A DNA stretch of 64,000 nucleotides from Bugula neritina (Eukaryota > Animalia > Bryozoa). Positions within the stretch are counted from its first letter, which is position 1. Each line of letters opens with the position of its first letter. Below, in pieces: positions 61,920 through 64,000 of the stretch. A model generated the notes under the pieces. That model was not told where the DNA came from. It saw nothing but the letters and a program-made list of their open reading frames with translations, and did no database searches. A program made the translations under genes and the position numbers. The stretch is from NCBI GenBank assembly GCA_964035545.1, contig OZ037772.1:11096818-11160817 (forward strand), in the 5' to 3' direction.

Positions 61920-62415
61920 TGCACCATGACTTCCGAATTTGGGCATGCTCGCTACACCCTGAGGATGCAGCAGGTAATTATTCTAGCCTTAGTTCTTATA
62001 ATTTATGTAACATGTAAGTACAAGTAGGCTATAAGTAACCTGCAAGTATGAGAACACAGGCTATCTCTGTTTGAATTGTCCTAGCTTTATCCTTAGTAGT
62101 TGTGACAGTTGTCATTGGCCGATACTGTGACACTCTTGTGCAAGTGCCTGTGCTAACTGAAGATATTTTCCTCTGACAGTCTATACTCTATGCTCTTTCA
62201 CACATTCTATGATATATAATCATACTCTATACTCCACATTAAGGTGCAGTATTGGAGAAATTTTAATAACCCAAGTTCTTCAATTTGCTTAATGCATTTT
62301 GATTCGAAATTCCCGAGAGAAAATAACTTCTTTTGCTGCAGGCTTTTCTCAGTTTCTCCATTACTGCACCTACTCTCTTCTCTATACCACACTGTTTGTG
62401 GTCTTCAAACTGTTG
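61920..62415 (+). CDS. Unresolved exons of a probable + strand gene, possibly a membrane protein, running off the window
   Basis: Donor CAG|GTAATT at 61973; exon-like 62342-62415 (GFSQFLHYCTYSLLYTTLFVVFKLL) bounded by TGCAG and GTAGGC; another candidate exon from 63434. No consistent full model found. Confidence 0.25.
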
Positions 62416-62459
62416 GTAGGCTCTGCTGTTATTCTCACTGAATGGTCTTTTGTGAACTC

Positions 62460-63190
62460 TTACTGTACACTACTAAACAATGTAGTACAGTATACCGTAT
62501 ACTATACAGTATATTATTCTATATACTAGACTGTATAGTATACAGTATTTTATATGCTATACAGTGTTCAGTGTACCATGCTGTGTAGTATACAGTGTAC
62601 TGTATGGCTTATGTTTTGCTATACTGTATACTAACTAGTATATAGTTTACTATATTATACTGTATACAGTGACCTAGACTATACTATATACTGTGTACAG
62701 TGACCTAGACTATACTATATACTGTGTACAGTGATCTAGACTATACAATGACTGAGAACAACATGTACATTATGATGGACTGAATGCCACAGCTGATGTT
62801 TTCCTGTCTGACTGAATTACAACACATGTTTATATTGTAATCTGATTTGATTACATCTCATCTTCTGATACTCTATTACTATCAACTCAGCAAGTGCCCT
62901 GGCCTCTCATCACTGCCAATTTCTTATGTAGAGTCGTACTACAATATACTACACAATGCAACAGTAGTGTATATAGTTGTAGTACAGTATAGTGGTACAG
63001 CTACACAGTAGTGTATACAATTATACAGTGCAACAGTTACAGAGTGCTATATATACAGTTTTACACTAGTGTATACTGTTGTACAATGCTATATACACTA
63101 TACAGTTATACAGTACTGTTTGCACTTATACAGGACACTTTACAATGTGTCACTACCATAGACGCTACAGTATATCACACTACAGTAGAG
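62460..63190. repeat. Degenerate TATACAGT/ACTGTATA repeats including a 30-bp unit x3 (62657-62745)
   Basis: TATACTGT(A/G)TACAGTGA(C/T)CTAGACTATAC repeated; related low-complexity sequence at 62935-63190. Confidence 0.65.
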
Positions 63191-64000
63191 ATTAAACCAA
63201 CAGCAAATCCAAGTACCGAAATGACTGCCTAAGATACATCGTGTTATCAGTGGATGTGTATTATTGTGCGATGCTCTTCCTTTAACATATTGACTTACAA
63301 ATAAACTATTAAATAGCAATTATTGTCACGTTGATGACGTGCTAAGGACTCAAGCTCCTAATGGTGTATTGTATAGTCGGTGTCTTATTTATACGTGCTG
63401 TAACACTCCCTACTGCTATATTACACTACCCAGCTCTGGTTACTTTCACACGCAACCCTGCCCAGGGCTACTCCGGGTGCTGTGTCAACTTGTGTGTATG
63501 TATAAGTAGACATACAAGGGTGTCCCCAATCTGCAGGGTACTGAAAGCTGCTGTTTTTTAGTTGAATGAAACTCCAGCAAGTTCCATAACTAAAAATAAA
63601 TGTGGTTAATTTTCAATTTAAGTTTTTCTCTGATACTGGAAAGACAATTTGAAGTTCCAAATCGAAATATTTTGCTATGCTGGTGCTAAATAATAATCAT
63701 TACAGCTTGTATTCATGTTGATTGATTTCTAGGAATTACGCTTATGTTGCCCAATCAAATCAGTTGTCAGGAAATTTGTGAGACAAACAGATAGCAGCTC
63801 CTTTTAGTTTGCAATAAAAATATTTATTTTGTTTTATGACTAACAGATCCTGTATGAGCAGATCAAGTTGCAATTGTTGCAAGTTGTTAATGTATTGTTC
63901 CAGCATAAAGCTGTGAACATTCAAGGTTCAAGTCTCAAAGTGAGAATAGGGGAGGGGGGGTGTAACTTAAAGCACTAAGGCTTTTGCTGTAACTTGTAGA

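Overview
AT-rich, intron-containing genomic DNA from an animal with motile cilia (it carries ODAD3/CCDC151); an invertebrate is likely but the taxon cannot be fixed from sequence. The ORF track shows only exon fragments and repeat artefacts, so I assembled spliced models by hand from GT-AG sites and codon phase. In order: 3' part of a CIPC-like gene (+), cytidine deaminase (+), an NHL-repeat type I membrane protein (-), an orphan Cys-rich single-pass membrane protein (-), two orphan + genes that may splice into one, a weak orphan (-), ODAD3 (-) head-to-head with DHDH (+), a C1orf21/DUF4612-like gene (-), and unresolved + exons at the right end. Repeats: about 9 copies of one tRNA-derived SINE, 2 copies of a second tRNA-like head, a TTAA-flanked 769-bp MITE and many minisatellites. 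Most unusual: 'walking hexamer' tracts beside promoters, a DHDH intron built from tandem acceptor/15-nt mini-exon/donor cassettes, a minisatellite whose unit is an RFX X-box, minisatellites repeatedly starting at splice sites, and a perfect 90-bp palindrome. Family assignments are from recalled motifs, not database searches.
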